Source of the DNA: the human T2T-CHM13v2.0 reference genome, Homo sapiens
Reading direction: 5' to 3' (one strand)
Length of the DNA stretch: 64,000 nt
NCBI RefSeq assembly: GCF_009914755.1
Contig: NC_060927.1
The translations under genes and the position numbers were made by a program. Under the pieces are notes generated by a model that was given only the letters and a program-made list of their open reading frames with translations, ran no database searches and was not told the DNA's origin. Positions 63,171 to 64,000 of this stretch are shown in pieces. Position 1 is the first letter of the stretch; every line of letters begins with the position of its first letter.

Positions 63171-63470
63171 TAAAGAAGGGATTTTAAGCCTACCTGTCAA
63201 GGGATACCAGTATAGCTACACATTTCACTCATGTGACTTTGGGAGGGAAGAGCTTGAACTCTGCTATTCCTAATGTGCATCCTTGGGCAAGGCATGCACC
63301 TTGTCATGTGCTCTAGTATCCTAGATGAAATGGAGATGGCATCAGTACCGACCCCTCAGGGTTGGTATAAGGATTAAATCAAAGACATAACAGACATTTG
63401 TAAGTCAACAAACACAGTGCTTGGCATATGAAGCTAAGATGTAGGTAACTGCACATTAGAGGTGGGAGGC

Positions 63471-64000
<530 letters not shown>

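Overview
Primate (most likely human) non-coding genomic DNA. There is no credible protein-coding exon, RNA gene, CRISPR array or CpG island. The longer ORFs in the track are Alu read-throughs or microsatellite translations, and the rest show no recognisable protein similarity. About 48 Alu elements or fragments make up roughly a fifth of the window. Also present are two MER41 solo LTRs, a MER57 solo LTR, THE1 and MLT1 (MaLR) LTRs, MIR, L2 and L1M relics, hAT DNA-transposon fossils and microsatellites. Repeat subfamily names come from recalled consensus features, not from a RepeatMasker run, and boundaries are approximate. Splice signals and an apparent A/T skew switch near 55-58 kb suggest that about 1-55 kb is a long first intron of a minus-strand gene with a non-coding first exon near 55173-55640. 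RBM47 is an unverified guess for that gene. The most notable items are: a perfect 87-bp tandem duplication inside a candidate minus-strand exon, which duplicates a short uORF; two MER41 LTRs with different STAT-motif states; and several well-formed candidate cassette exons. I found no evidence of a wholly new biological system, and the findings below are hypotheses.
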